From Podarcis liolepis (Eukaryota): DNA of 64,000 nucleotides. The position numbers were made by a program, and so were the translations under genes. The notes beneath the pieces are model-generated. The model was not told the origin of the DNA. It worked only from the letters and a program-made list of their open reading frames with translations, and did not search any database. This document shows positions 38,401 to 47,990 of this stretch, in pieces. Within the stretch, counting starts at the first letter, position 1. Each line of letters opens with the position of its first letter. The stretch lies in NCBI GenBank assembly GCA_965112155.1, contig OZ218099.1, one strand, 5' to 3'.

Positions 38401-41400
38401 TTGCGAAGCACGGCTATTAGCGGCTTAGCGGCTATTAACGGCTTAGCGGCTTTAAGAAAAAGGAAACAAACTTGCAAGAACTCGCAAGACGTTTCGTCTT
38501 GCGAAGCAAGCCCATAGGGAAATTCGTCTTGCGGAACGACTCAAAAAACGGAAAACTCTTTCGTCTTGCGCGTTTTTCGTCTTGCGAGGCATTCGTCTTG
38601 CGAGGTACCACTGTATATAAAAGAGACAAGTCATCTATACATTCCAAATTTAACCAATTCCTTATCTTCTATACTGAAGTTACTCAAGGGTTAGCACACA
38701 TTTTCCATTCTATACTGTGGTTGCTATGAGATGCAAAGTCTACATGCACCTCAAAAAGTAGATATACTGCCTCTTCAATAATGGCTAATATATCTCAGTA
38801 CAGTTTAATAACAATCTACTGGGCATTATCACAGCACCCCCCTCCAGGACATTATGAAGTTAAGATTATGATTATCCTCAGACAATGGAAGAAATTTAAT
38901 CCCCATCTATACCAAAACAAAAACATAATCGCTGTATAACCCTTCATTTATACGTCTTCAAGTGAACATATGCTACAATGTTGCCAATAATTACAAGATA
39001 ATTTATTACTAGAACACAGCCCACCAGGACTCTAGATTTCTTTTGTTACAACCCAGAAGAGTCAAACCATAAAATTTATAGTTCAATTTTAAACAAAGGG
39101 GCAGCTATATCTCTTAGAACCTGTAGTCCTTTCTCACCTTGCAGAACAGACTCTTCAAGAACAGGCGCCAAACTGGCATTTCCAAAAATTGAGGTGTCAG
39201 GCTGGCTGTCATCCGCCAATAGACTGAATGAGTCGGAAGGGTTGAGAGAGGGGCTGCCAGGACAATCCAGGGCAGAGATGTCAGAAGGATCTTCCAGAGG
39301 AGATTTGCCACTCACCAGCTCGGATGTATCCATTTCATAAAGATCTCCTGTCCCTGGGTCTGCAATTTATGAATCGGGAGAAACATCTGTTGCTTAGCAT
39401 CCAACTCAGCAGCCTCACCCTCACAATACTCTCAGCTAGGATCACAGGATCACTTACATGCTCTAGAGCACTATTAATTTGCAAAGTGAGACTGGTCTTT
39501 AATACTACCCTTCTAAAGAGAGGGAGAAAACAGATTGCAACTTGGACAAGGCCAACCATGACTTACTAAGGATTTGAAATCCAGTCCAAGTTCAACTTTC
39601 TAATCACCTGGTCACACTGGCTATGCAATTCTTTTTAGAAAACCACCTTTTTAAGACAAGATAGAAAACCATGAGTGTCTGCTTGTTAATAATAGCATTT
39701 TTATAGCATACTTTATATCCTGCTCTGTAATCTCCACTACAGATGGAGCAGTATTATGTCCATATCACAGGGAGAAAACTGAAGCAGAGGGAATACAGGC
39801 ACACCTAAGGCCAACAAGACCTTCATGGCAGAAGGGGATTTTAACCAGGGACTTCCCAGTTCACATGATTTTTCACACACGGAGAAGGGAATTGCCTGCG
39901 GTTTCATGAAAGTGAAAACCAACACAGTAATTAGATTTCCCCAGTTCCTGGGAGAATTCTCAGAAATGTGGAAAAACAAGATTATAAATTGGATCATCTA
40001 TATATGAAAAGGTATTAGAAAAACTGATGAGAAACAACTTCATCATCAACTTTCATAAAATCTGATGTTTTTGTTTAGGAAAACAATGATGTTTTCATAC
40101 CTCTTCCAATGTTGCAAACCTATTACCCAGGAAGGTGGATAAAGGAATAATATATCATTTTGAATTCAATTATCCTCAAGTGAGGTTGTAAATTGGGAAA
40201 GATGCTCAAGATGAAGGAATATATATGCCTTTATCAGTGTCAGCCACTTTCCTCATCTTAAGGGAGTTAAAATAATTAATTTGAGTGTTAATTGACTTTA
40301 CAGTGATTAAAAAGTTTAGTAGCAAATACTGGAAAAGATGTGGTCAGGATAGTGGCTTATAAACACAAGGCAATGCATGATAATTGAAGCATATGGATAT
40401 TAAAGCATGTTGGGGGACAGTGTTAAGAGCATGGTCAATTAACCTATATATTGATTAATTATTGGGATATTGTAAGTAATATATTTCCAGTAAATATATC
40501 TGATCCAAAATCTATTAGGAGCAACAAGAATTGTAATTTCATGGTAAAACAATAAATAATGAAGTTGTAACGACTGATAAAACACCTATTATCTATGGAT
40601 AAATAATGGTAAGGATAGAGCTATTTAGGCCAATGAAGACAGAAGCTATTTTGAAGTTATTGGAATATGCATTGTGGACCTCAATTTATACATATAGCAG
40701 CGTGCATGCTCTTCTTGCTTTTGTGAAACTTGCAATATTTATTTTTCTTGGGTTATTCTGGATAAAGTTTAATAAAATTGATAGTATTAAAAATCTAATG
40801 GAGTTATATATAGACAGCTACAAGCATTCAGTTTGAATCTCTGGCTTAAGGTACTGCTGGAAAATAAGGATCCTGCAAGGAGGTGTTTATCTACCCTTAA
40901 GGCAACTTGCTTCCAAACACTAGTACAGTGGTACCTCAGGTTACATACGCTTCAGGTTACAGACTTGGCTAACCCAAAAATATTACCTCGGGTTAAGAAC
41001 TTTGCTTCAGGATGAGAACAGAAATTTCGCTCCGGCGGCACGGCAGCAGCAGGAGGCCCCATTAGCTAGAGTGGTGCTTCAGGTTAAGAACAGTTTCAGG
41101 TTAATTGTAATAACCAGGGCCTCCGGAACGAATTAAGTACGTAACCAGAGGTACCACTGTATTGGGATCAAAGGTCAGGTATGAAGTTTAAGTAGTGGGT
41201 CAAAATTGGAGTCAATAACTCTTCCTGTGCCAAACTTACGAGCCAGCTGTTCTCTTCAGGGCAGCCTATTTGCCACCTGTCTATTGTTTTATACAGCACA
41301 AACTGATCCCAAATCGCTATTTTGGGACTCTCAAAGTGTCCATTTGGCATTATGTAGAAATATAGCTCAAGAGGAAATTCAAAAGTGAGCATGTGCCTTT

Positions 41401-44400
41401 AGTACCATTAATGCTAGACCGGGGTCCCTACACTGACGAGTCTCCTATTTAATCCTATCTGAATGTTTTTGCTTTAGCAGCTAGCCACAATCATCAGTAA
41501 GATGGAGAAAGGGCAAACACGCTTAGAACTTTTGCCCATAGCTGCCTAGGCTTAGAGGGCAAGTATCAAAAGGCACAAGGACAATGTTACTGCAGAGCCT
41601 GCACATCTGTAACAGCAGCAGCACATGCTCACACATGGGAGCTAGTTGCAGACAGCACACAGAACACTTTGTGATCAGCAGAGAAGTTGCTACTGACTGC
41701 ATTTATACAGGCCTCAGGACAAACTATCTAGAGAAGCCCCTTATCCAGCAAACTCCATATAGCTGTCGTCATAACTGATGACTACATGGAAATGATGCAA
41801 AAGCAAAACCCCACCCCTTTACCTCTGTCCAGTGATTCGAATGGTTCCAAGGGGTCCTCCAGTGGAGGAGGAATCCGAGAAGCATCTTCCAGACAACCAC
41901 CTCCAGCATCAGGTTCCAAGACAGAAGCTTCCTGGCTAAGAGGCTCACCAACAGGAGAAGGACCACTGTAGCCACATATTTTCAACTCTGCAAGAGATTT
42001 TTGTTTTTAAAAGCTAATATTATACTTTCCACATCATTAAAAAGTCAGCCATCAATTGGAACCAGAGAAGTTATGGAAATGAACAGAACATCACAAAACA
42101 ACTAATCAGCATAGATGGCAACGTAAAGTCAGGAACTTTTGCCTTTTGTGGAACAAAGTGTCTGATGATGTCGCCAAAGCAAATCAATAACTTATCACTC
42201 CAGTGTACCTTCAAAGCTGCATCAGATAATGCCTTGTTGCTTGACAAAAGCACCCACTCTAAGAATAGCCTTTGACATGACACAGCAAGCTCCAAGTCCA
42301 TGAGGTACTTCTGGGATTGCAAAGCTTTTTGAGTTAAGGTCCACACGTACAGCTTATCTGTAGTCATGGTCTTTTGACACTGAAACAAACTAAGTTATTC
42401 TGCTGCTCAAACACACCTCAGCCTAATTCCTCTTTCAAGGCTGATATGTGACTTGTATTTGTCTGAGTTCACACCCTCATTTTGCTTCCACAGGATTTTC
42501 CAAAAATCAATGAACACCAGCAGCATGGACTTGTCAGTCTCGTCCCCCTTAACTGCAGGTGCCTTCTGGTGACTTAAAGGGCAATTCATGATCAGCACAG
42601 GGCCTATATGACTGAAACTCCCAGGTATAAACTTAGGTGGTGGTAGTGGCAAAGAAAGATTGCTTCTCTGCCACCTCTGCATTTTCAAGTAGCTGTCCAG
42701 CAGATTTTTTTTCAGGTGGCAAACAGGCCTTTGAAATCTGGCCAGAGCAGGAAGGCAGCAAGACAGCAAAAGGCCTCCTAAAGCCAAGTCTGATAGGAAC
42801 TATAAGTAGAAGGTTGTCTGGAATCACACTGAAGTAGACTCCATGGATAGGAATAGTCCAGGAGAAGCTTCACCTCATATTAGCCTGCCCATGGACCAAG
42901 ATCAGCAGGGGAGGCTCTACGTGTGATTTCCCTGCTAGGTCAAGTTCAGGGGCAGTGATGCAACAGTGTCTTCTCTGTGGTGGGACCACATGTCTGGAAT
43001 GTCCTCCCTTACGAGTTACGTCATGCACCATTATTTGCTTTTTGCCAGCAGGTGAAGACAGACCTGTCCGCCTAGGCTTTGGGAGGGTTGGGGAGGATTA
43101 ATATTGCGAGTCACCAATTTGAAATTTATTTGATAGCTTTAATGAAACAGGGATGTTGAATATTCTAATTATTAGTTTTAAATATTCTAGGTGCATTTGA
43201 TTTTTGAGTAGTTATCTAGTATTTTAATGATGTATATATTTCCACCCTCGGGCAAGGACAGGTTATAAATATTGTAAATATACTTTTAAAAATCCAAGTG
43301 AAGAAGGCGTAATGATTCATTCTCTCCATCACTGCTCCCTTAGCTAGAACATGCAATAGGAGAACAACCATAAAATTCTGAACTGTGAAGAATTTTAACG
43401 GCACTTGACACAATGAGCAGGATCAGCAAATCTCCATCCTAAGATGCTCTTAGATAATTACATTGTAATAAGACTCTCAGTCTAGCAAAGGCCCTGCCTT
43501 TTACCATAGCCTAATGATTAATCCAGACATGAGTGTGTTCTGGGGCAGACAGGCAGGGGTATCATATTGCAAAGGTAAGCTTCCTGAATAAAAAGTTTGG
43601 GTACCATTGGCAGTCATACCTGGCTGTGTGTTCTCCAGCTCCATGCTGCCAATTAATCTGGTGCCATTTTCTGAGACTGCCGAGGAGGTTTCCTTCACTG
43701 GCTCCTCATTGCCTGGTTCATCCTGCTGTGGTGAGAAGTCCTGGCTGCCAGAGCCAAGCATAGGGGAAGGCTGAGATGATGTGTAGAAGCTGGATGGGCC
43801 ATTTTGCAGGATTTCAAAATTCTGATCATCAGGGAAAGAGTCATAGAGCTCTGTTGAATCAAAGTTAAGTCCCATGGTCCCTGGAGTGCCGTTTGCCCAG
43901 AACTCTTGCCCACTGCCACTTCCCCTCAGATTGGTGGTGTGCCCAGGGGAGCCTTGCCGATTGCCTCCAGCAATACCGTTCAGTGGATACTGGGAGAACA
44001 GTGGGCTGTCCTTGAGGTTGTTGCCATTGCCAGATGGGTACTGAGAATAGTTCCAGAGATAGTCATAAGGGTGTTGGAGGTGCGAGTTGGTTGAGGAGCG
44101 GGTCCCTGAAGTACTAGCATGAGATACAGTAGATAAGCCATTAACATTCATATCTCCATTCAAACCTGTAAACAAAAGGAAGGAAAGCAGCTATTAAAAA
44201 TTCACAACAAATGCAAGGAACACTGACTGAGGAGAAAGTTCTATCCACCTTTGGGCCTGTCTCTTTTTACAAAATAGGGGTGGGGGTGGGGTGGGGAGAT
44301 AAAACAAGACACAATGAAGTTGAGTAAACTGGATAAGAAATGTGTATTAACATGTACTTTGAAAAAAGGATTTTACAGTCTCTGTCCTCTTAACAGGCCT

Positions 44401-47023
44401 ATGAGGTAGGTCACTATTCTCATTTTACAGAGGGGGCTCTGAGATTAATTCATCACTCGGTCTGGGTTTAAGATCAGCCCAAGCCAACACTCTAGCATAC
44501 CTCAAGATGGTTGAAGGGACTGAATGAAATAACTTCATGAACTTTGCCCTGAGCTCCTTGAAGGGTGGGCAAGGCAAAAAGACACACGCATATCTCAGTG
44601 CATCTACTTCTCTCATATGCAGTATTTGAACCCATTCCCCTTTTTGCCAAACTTCCCCCCCAAATTATTTCCTCCCCTTGCCTACTGATTTCTATGTTTT
44701 TGCCACATTCTCAAGTCATGTTTCTAAGTTTTTCTTTGTAACTACAAATGATAAAAGATGCATTAGCCTTTAACAAAGGTTGACATGCCCCCCTTTCTCC
44801 CCTCACCTCCCAATGTATGTAGTCTTTTCCACCTAGTATGTCTTCAGTATGGGAAGAGCTGTAATCAGGATGTATTTTCTTTCTTGTCTTCTGGAAAAAG
44901 ATGATGCTAATTTTGATCCGTTTCCATCCTTAATCAATGAGGACTGCAATGGCTGGGCTGACCTTTATAGCGCTACTATTTCTGGGGTGGCTGTATCTGT
45001 ACTTATTCTAAAGGTTTTTGGAGGAAATTTTATCGGAATCTGAGTGGAAAAGGTAAAATAGGTGGTAGCAGCTAGGGACTGCAAACTAGACAGGGTCCTA
45101 ACAGCCAAAACGGCAGAGGCCCACTGAACAACAGAAGCAGCAACAACAGAAGTGGAGTGTTGGTCTGTTTTGAAGACCTTTACCCTATATGACCAGATAG
45201 ACAGAATTCTAGAAAGGCTACCAGCTCCTTGCAAGCCAGTGGGGAGAACATTTCTCGATAAAGAAAATGGGGTAACCCTGTTTTATTTTTTGAGCCTAGG
45301 TGGAAAAGAGGGGATATGGGGGATGATGTCTTGGTCATTGATGTAAAGATTAGAACTACTATCAATCAAAGACAAAGCAGCATTTCCATGCTCTAGAAGG
45401 AAACTGAAAAGTGTTTCATCCTCCAATACTAGTATTCAGTAGGCATCTTAAGGAGAAAAAGGCAGCCAGGTTAGGCTCCTCTTTTGAGTTAAGTGGTGTC
45501 ATAACCCAAGCAGACTCTCTCCTTCCAATGTAGCTAGAAATATCTTCAACATCTATAAAGGGGGAGAGGAAAGGACAACATTTCCAACCCTCTCCTCCAA
45601 ACAAGGAAGTGAACCTAAAAAGGTGTTTCTTCCTGAAAACTCTTCAATTTACAGTTACCTTCTTTATTTCTTAAAGTGCCTTCTTAAAGAGTGGTCATAT
45701 TCCAACATCTGTAAATTGGGAATGTTTTCAGGAATACACACTTTTACTTCAGCAGCTTTTGAGCTTTGCCTTAGGTTGTTGCTGTTTTTAAAATATGTTC
45801 TCCAATTCCCAGCTCCTCTGTGCACTCTTTGTTAGTTTACAAGCAATAGCCTCACTTTAATATTCTGCCAAATTAATTAATTAAAATTAATAAACCTTTG
45901 GGAAGCAACACCACTACTGAAGAAATTATGCAAGGTCAGATAAAAACTGCCCACTGGGAAATGCCTTACACGGATTATCCTAAATCTTCACAAGCCCTTC
46001 CAAGCTTGCTTTAACTGAATTATAACATATTTGAAACAGCAACAACTCTTGAGCCCAGATACATGCAACTCAGCATGCTAGCAGAAACCAGCGCAAGGGC
46101 TTCCACAAGTGCAACAGGGCTTCCCCCCGCTTCCTCCCATATGCTCAAGAGCAGGGGTCAGCAACCTTTTTCAGCAGGGGTCCGGTCCACTGTCCCTCAG
46201 ACCTTGTGGGGGGCTGGACTATATTTTGGGGGGGGGGGATGAACGAATTCCTATGCCCCACAAATAACTCAGAGATGCATTTTAAATAAAAGGACACATT
46301 CTACTCATGTAAAAACATGCTGATTCCCAGAAGGCGATTGGGCCAGATCCGGCCCCTGGGCCTTAGTTTGCCTACCCATACTCAAGAGGGTCAGGAGAAT
46401 CCCCGGAACAGAATACGGTGGGGGGAGGGGAGAATATTCCACCTAGCAAGAAGAAATGCTTGAACTGACAGAATGTTCAGAAGAGTGCAAAGTTGAATTC
46501 CTCCCATAAGTTCGATTCCCAGCAGGCAAACAGCACTCATCTGAGTTTTTATTCCATGACTAGCCTTAATTCTTTCTCCCACCTTTAACAGTAAGAAAAA
46601 AAATATCAGATTTTCACATCATATCCAGTTGTGCTTTCACAGTGGCCTGTGAGAATACACACAACTTTGCCTGTTGCTGTGGTATTCAAATTCCTTACAC
46701 TCCTCCTGAGGCACAACCATCATCCACACAGTTCTCCTTACCATTCTGCAAAGAGATACTCAGAAAAGAAGTGGAACCTCAATCTATAAAGGCAAGGGCT
46801 AGCAGTGTTTGCTATAAGACCATGTATGATCAATGCTGATGCCTGTCACTAAGGTCAAAAGACCCAGGTCCATTGCCCCATACTTACTTTTCCCTTGCTG
46901 AGGGAAGTTCATGGGAGATCCATTTGTGTAGACATTGTCCCCTGAGGAAGGCGCAGGTTTCTGTCCTGAGGCAGCAGGTGAAGAGGGAAGGCCAGTGAAA
47001 TTAAAATGGTTGTTCGCCTCCAT
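15580..47023 (-). CDS. BAZ2A: BAZ2A / TIP5 (bromodomain adjacent to zinc finger domain 2A), spliced CDS of 28 coding exons, ~1760 aa
   Basis: N-terminus MEANNHFNFTGLP...NGSPMNFPQQGKSLNGDMNVNGLSTVSH; TAM domain (WQGETWYYGPCGKRMKQFPEVIKYLSRN); AT-hooks KRGRPR/KRGRGRPPK; DDT; PHD CLVCRKGDDDENLLLCDSCDRGCHLYCHRPKM; bromodomain WPFLEPVNPRLVPGYRKIIKNPMDF...FFESRWEEFYQGKQ. All junctions GT-AG with compatible phases; summed exon length 5283 nt. Confidence 0.98.
16144..16291 (+). mobile_element. tRNA-Ile-derived SINE with CR1-like tail (Squam3-like)
   Basis: tagttcagttgattagaacgtagtgctgataacgccaaggttgcaggttcaatcc head plus ggggttggactagatgatcc...ttccaact...attctatgatt tail. Confidence 0.8.
16599..16682 (-). 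mobile_element. degenerate Penelope-like pLTR fragment with decayed hammerhead core
   Basis: minus strand: catCTGATGAgctggactcttgctcatGAAAGCTTacacc...gttagttcttaagatgccacaagat, similar in layout to the 58.7 kb element. Confidence 0.55.
16825..17050. mobile_element. Tc1/mariner-pogo type MITE, family B
   Basis: TA|cagtggtaccttgggttaag ... aacccaaggtaccactg (right TA mutated to TC). Confidence 0.85.
17658..17801 (-). CDS. BAZ2A: BAZ2A coding exon 27 (bromodomain N half)
   Basis: tgtcag|G ATC ATC ... GGC GG|gtgagt; IILMEMESHEAAWPFLEPVNPRLVPGYRKIIKNPMDFATM. Confidence 0.96.
18397..18635 (-). CDS. BAZ2A: BAZ2A coding exon 26 (PHD-bromo linker)
   Basis: gtacag|ATG CAA ... TGC GA|gtaagt; RYSGEGLSPSKRRRVSTRGQSADLTFCE. 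Confidence 0.92.
18959..19105 (-). CDS. BAZ2A: BAZ2A coding exon 25 (PHD finger)
   Basis: cttcag|ACT TGC ... GCT CAG|gtgctg; C4HC3 pattern intact. Confidence 0.96.
19477..19609 (-). CDS. BAZ2A: BAZ2A coding exon 24
   Basis: ctgcag|T TCA TAC ... AGA GCG|gtgagg; YEITPRMRTWRQTLERCHSAAQVSLCIYQLERSIAWEKSV. Confidence 0.94.
20498..20781 (-). CDS. BAZ2A: BAZ2A coding exon 23
   Basis: ccccag|GGC TGG ACA ... GAA AT|gtaggt; GWTSPEPDS...NPLDLAVLRLTELEQNLERRYLREPLWP. Confidence 0.94.
21445..21608 (-). CDS. BAZ2A: BAZ2A coding exon 22
   Basis: cctag|AT CCC ATC ... ATC CGA|gtaggt; DLSVLQWVEELEQRVLMADLQIR. Confidence 0.93.
21704..21859 (-). CDS. BAZ2A: BAZ2A coding exon 21 (WHIM3)
   Basis: ttgcag|AG ATG CAG ... 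AAT G|gtaaga; EMQSGWWWLQDPEELEAVVQVLHPRGIREKALHKHL. Confidence 0.95.
22370..22598 (-). CDS. BAZ2A: BAZ2A coding exon 20 (last AT-hook)
   Basis: ccgcag|CTG AAT GGC ... CCA G|gtgagg; PRRRGRPPTKLFKQIEQKYLTQLTAQPIPP. Confidence 0.93.
22965..23105 (-). mobile_element. old CR1 fragment
   Basis: reverse complement resembles CR1 ORF2 end (aggaaggatttcctaaccgtgaaaag). Confidence 0.45.
23396..23973 (-). CDS. BAZ2A: BAZ2A coding exon 19
   Basis: aagcag|CT TCC CCT ... CGA CAG|gtgagt; GQSQHDLSQSAFLSWLSQTQ...SSVLTPDSSPGK...WFNLLPRAPC. Confidence 0.92.
24419..24744. mobile_element. Tc1/mariner-pogo type MITE, family A (inverted relative to 10103 copy)
   Basis: TA|cagtggtgcctcgcaagacg ... cgtcttgcggggcaccactg|TA. 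Confidence 0.88.
25150..25500 (-). mobile_element. old L2-type LINE 3' fragment
   Basis: reverse strand tcttggaattctctccc...cttcttttcagcgctcaattg...tttatttttattt tail. Confidence 0.45.
25579..25723 (-). CDS. BAZ2A: BAZ2A coding exon 18 (WHIM2)
   Basis: ctgcag|CGC CAG ATG ... GCA G|gtatgt; RQMFFRKKLLHASQLLRASSLGQDRYRRRYWVLP. Confidence 0.95.
25919..25978 (-). CDS. BAZ2A: BAZ2A coding exon 17
   Basis: cccag|CAT GAC ... TCC AAG|gtaaat; HDTPVSSVPELERQIEKLSK. Confidence 0.92.
26646..26808 (-). CDS. BAZ2A: BAZ2A coding exon 16
   Basis: tgtag|G TTA AAG ... AAT GAG|gtaggt; LKIALAKKTGRPESE. Confidence 0.9.
27217..27291 (-). CDS. BAZ2A: BAZ2A coding exon 15
   Basis: ttgcag|T GAA ATT ... CGC AG|gtacat; EIDKTLENMSNHRRNKWIIEGKLR. 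Confidence 0.93.
27983..28197 (-). CDS. BAZ2A: BAZ2A coding exon 14 (WHIM1 region)
   Basis: gccag|TCG CTG AAG ... ATC AA|gtaagt; SLKILGEKLSEISLNRDTVSEILRCFL...LAFLVNELNSS. Confidence 0.95.
29349..29414 (+). repeat. compound microsatellite (CT)18(CA)15
   Basis: directly visible. Confidence 0.95.
29573..29827 (-). CDS. BAZ2A: BAZ2A coding exon 13 (DDT domain)
   Basis: cccag|CCT CTT CCA ... TGC CAG|gtaagc; PLPEFSRIPGLVLPSHAFSDCLAIVEFLHNYGKVLGFD. Confidence 0.95.
31413..31646 (-). CDS. BAZ2A: BAZ2A coding exon 12 (Lys/Glu-rich coiled coil)
   Basis: ctccag|GTA AAG ... CAC CAG|gtgcat; ...EERQRQQMILEEMKKPTEDMCLGDHQ. Confidence 0.93.
31738..31818 (-). CDS. BAZ2A: BAZ2A coding exon 11 (Lys-rich)
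   Basis: ccatag|GTG CAA AAT ... CCG AAG|gtgggt. Confidence 0.88.
32000..32600 (-). mobile_element. old L2-type LINE fragment
   Basis: reverse strand ggaagctccagctggtgcaaaatg (KLQLVQN) and ...attctgtggagtccc motifs. Confidence 0.5.
33152..33213 (-). CDS. BAZ2A: BAZ2A coding exon 10
   Basis: ttgcag|AG GTA CTC ... CAA AAG|gtacat; EVLSDEDKLKMSKIKKKMRQK. Confidence 0.9.
34694..34904 (-). CDS. BAZ2A: BAZ2A coding exon 9 (AT-hooks 1 and 2)
   Basis: tcacag|GGC CTG ... CAA G|gtacca; GLQWVQL...KRGRPRN...KRGRGRPPKVK. Confidence 0.95.
35377..35478 (-). CDS. BAZ2A: BAZ2A coding exon 8 (TAM/MBD)
   Basis: ttccag|TAT ... CAG|gttagt; YLSRNIVQNVCREHFSFSPRMPVGDFFEERDTPQ. Confidence 0.95.
35966..36566. mobile_element. 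non-autonomous hAT element
   Basis: TIRs cagtggttttcaacc / ggttggaaacctctg; 8-bp TSD ctctatac / ctccatac. Confidence 0.82.
36967..37075 (-). CDS. BAZ2A: BAZ2A coding exon 7 (TAM/MBD)
   Basis: tttag|G TGG CGA ... ATA AAG|gtaaag; WRREVYIKKGSSRWQGETWYYGPCGKRMKQFPEVIK. Confidence 0.96.
37192..37252 (-). CDS. BAZ2A: BAZ2A coding exon 6 (start of TAM domain)
   Basis: ctcag|GT GAT GTT ... CAT GG|gtaggt; DVPRRRIATAEEVRYPLKHG. Confidence 0.93.
37356..37553 (-). CDS. BAZ2A: BAZ2A coding exon 5 (acidic linker)
   Basis: ctgcag|AC AGC AGC ... AAA A|gtaagt; open frame, phase 1/1. Confidence 0.85.
37605..37971. mobile_element. TA-flanked MITE with CCGTATTTTT TIRs (Tigger/mariner-like)
   Basis: TA|ccgtatttttcgctctataac ... 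gttatggtgcaaaaaatacgg|TA. Confidence 0.82.
38335..38613. mobile_element. Tc1/mariner-pogo type MITE, family A variant
   Basis: TA|cagtggtgcctcgcaagacg ... cgtcttgcgaggtaccactg|TA. Confidence 0.88.
39138..39359 (-). CDS. BAZ2A: BAZ2A coding exon 4
   Basis: tgcag|AC CCA GGG ... CAA G|gtgaga; DPGTGDLYEMD...SALDCP...FSLLADDSQ...ESVLQ. Confidence 0.92.
39880..40780 (+). mobile_element. highly decayed L1-like LINE relic
   Basis: AT-rich block with remnants resembling L1 ORF2 C-terminal motifs (LPMLQTYY; ATRIVISW). Confidence 0.35.
40926..41159. mobile_element. Tc1/mariner-pogo type MITE, family B (inverted relative to 16825 copy)
   Basis: TA|cagtggtacctcaggttac ... aaccagaggtaccactg|TA. Confidence 0.85.
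41823..41987 (-). CDS. BAZ2A: BAZ2A coding exon 3
   Basis: tgcag|AG TTG AAA ATA TGT ... AGA G|gtaaag; ELKICGYSGPSP. Confidence 0.9.
42880..43215 (+). mobile_element. old L2-type LINE 3' fragment
   Basis: ttctctgtggtgggacc...tctggaatgtcctccc...caggtgaagac motif typical of L2 3' ends, followed by AT-rich tail. Confidence 0.5.
43620..44165 (-). CDS. BAZ2A: BAZ2A coding exon 2
   Basis: tacag|GT TTG AAT GGA ... CAG CCA G|gtatga; LNGDMNVNGLSTVSH...YDYLWNYSQYP...QEFWANGT. Confidence 0.95.
46152..46380 (+). mobile_element. non-autonomous hAT MITE
   Basis: Starts caggggtcagcaac, ends gtttgcctacccata; perfect 8-bp TSD ctcaagag (46144-46151 / 46381-46388). Confidence 0.85.
46888..47023 (-). CDS. BAZ2A: BAZ2A coding exon 1 (exon starts 47025, AA-ATG)
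   Basis: ttctccttag|AA ATG GAG GCG AAC ... GGG AAA A|gtaagt; MEANNHFNFTGLPSSPAASG...QQGK. Confidence 0.95.
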
Positions 47024-47206
47024 TTCTAAGGAGAAAAGAAAATGCAAAAGATGCAACAGAAAGTTAGTCATTACATAGATGCTGCTTTTCACAGGCAGCA
47101 GTGAAAAAATCCTCCAACATAACATGTTAGCCAGTGACTGAACAAAAGATACCAAGACATTTAGTGTTTTATCACATCTTATCCCAATAATCCTTAGAAC
47201 AAGATA

Positions 47207-47455
47207 CAGTGGTACATTGGTTTACAACCATAATCCATTCCAGAGGTCCATTTGTAAACCAAAACAGGTTGTAACCCAAGGCCCACGTTCGCCAATGGAG
47301 CCTCCAAATTTTTTTTGTTCGTAATCCAAAAAAAAAAAGAGGGGGGGTTGTAATCCAAAAAAAGGTTGCAAACTGGGACATGCACTTCCAGGCTTGATGT
47401 GTTTGTAATCTAAAACATATGCAAACCAGACTGTTTGCAAACCAAGGTACCACTG
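47207..47455. mobile_element. Tc1/mariner-pogo type MITE, related family
   Basis: TA|cagtggtacattggtttac ... gcaaaccaaggtaccactg|TA. Confidence 0.82.
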
Positions 47456-47827
47456 TATTGTAAGGTAAAACAATACTATAATCCCCATATTGCAAATGGG
47501 GGGCAGGCTGAGAGAGAATGGCTTACCTATGGCCAGCCAGGTGGTGCACTAGTGATTTCCTGGCTGACACCTCAGTCTTGCAGCTACTATGGTACACTAG
47601 CTCTCAAAATTAGCAAGCAGGGCAGATGCTATACCAATAGGACAGATAGTTTAATGTCCATATATTTAAAGCCATTGTGTCCCTTTTGATAAAACCCAGG
47701 CTTTCATCAGAAACTGTGCAACTAAGTTCACCATTGACTGATTGATCTCTGCCTCTTAGGAGAAAGGGAAATGTCCCCAAACACACAATGTAAGTCCTCA
47801 CATTGAAATCCTTATAAGAAAAATATA

Positions 47828-47990
47828 CCGTATTTTTCCATCTATAAGACACCCCCATGTATAAGCCCCCTATTTTGGGGGACTCAGATTTAAGAAAATG
47901 GGGGGAGACGGCCCAGAGTATAAGACGCCCCCTAATTTTTTACATTATTTTTTAGGGGGGAAACCTAGTCTTATACATAGAAAAATACGG
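47828..47990. mobile_element. TA-flanked MITE with CCGTATTTTT TIRs
   Basis: TA|ccgtatttttccatctataagac ... gtcttatacatagaaaaatacgg|TA. Confidence 0.82.

Noticed and set aside
42633-42827. ORF in BAZ2A orientation between coding exons 2 and 3
   Set aside because: No BAZ2A similarity; the flanking exons already join in phase
44760-45830. Possible decayed L1/Tx1 fragment on the minus strand
   Set aside because: Only faint motif resemblance (IKDGNG); cannot be supported without a repeat library search
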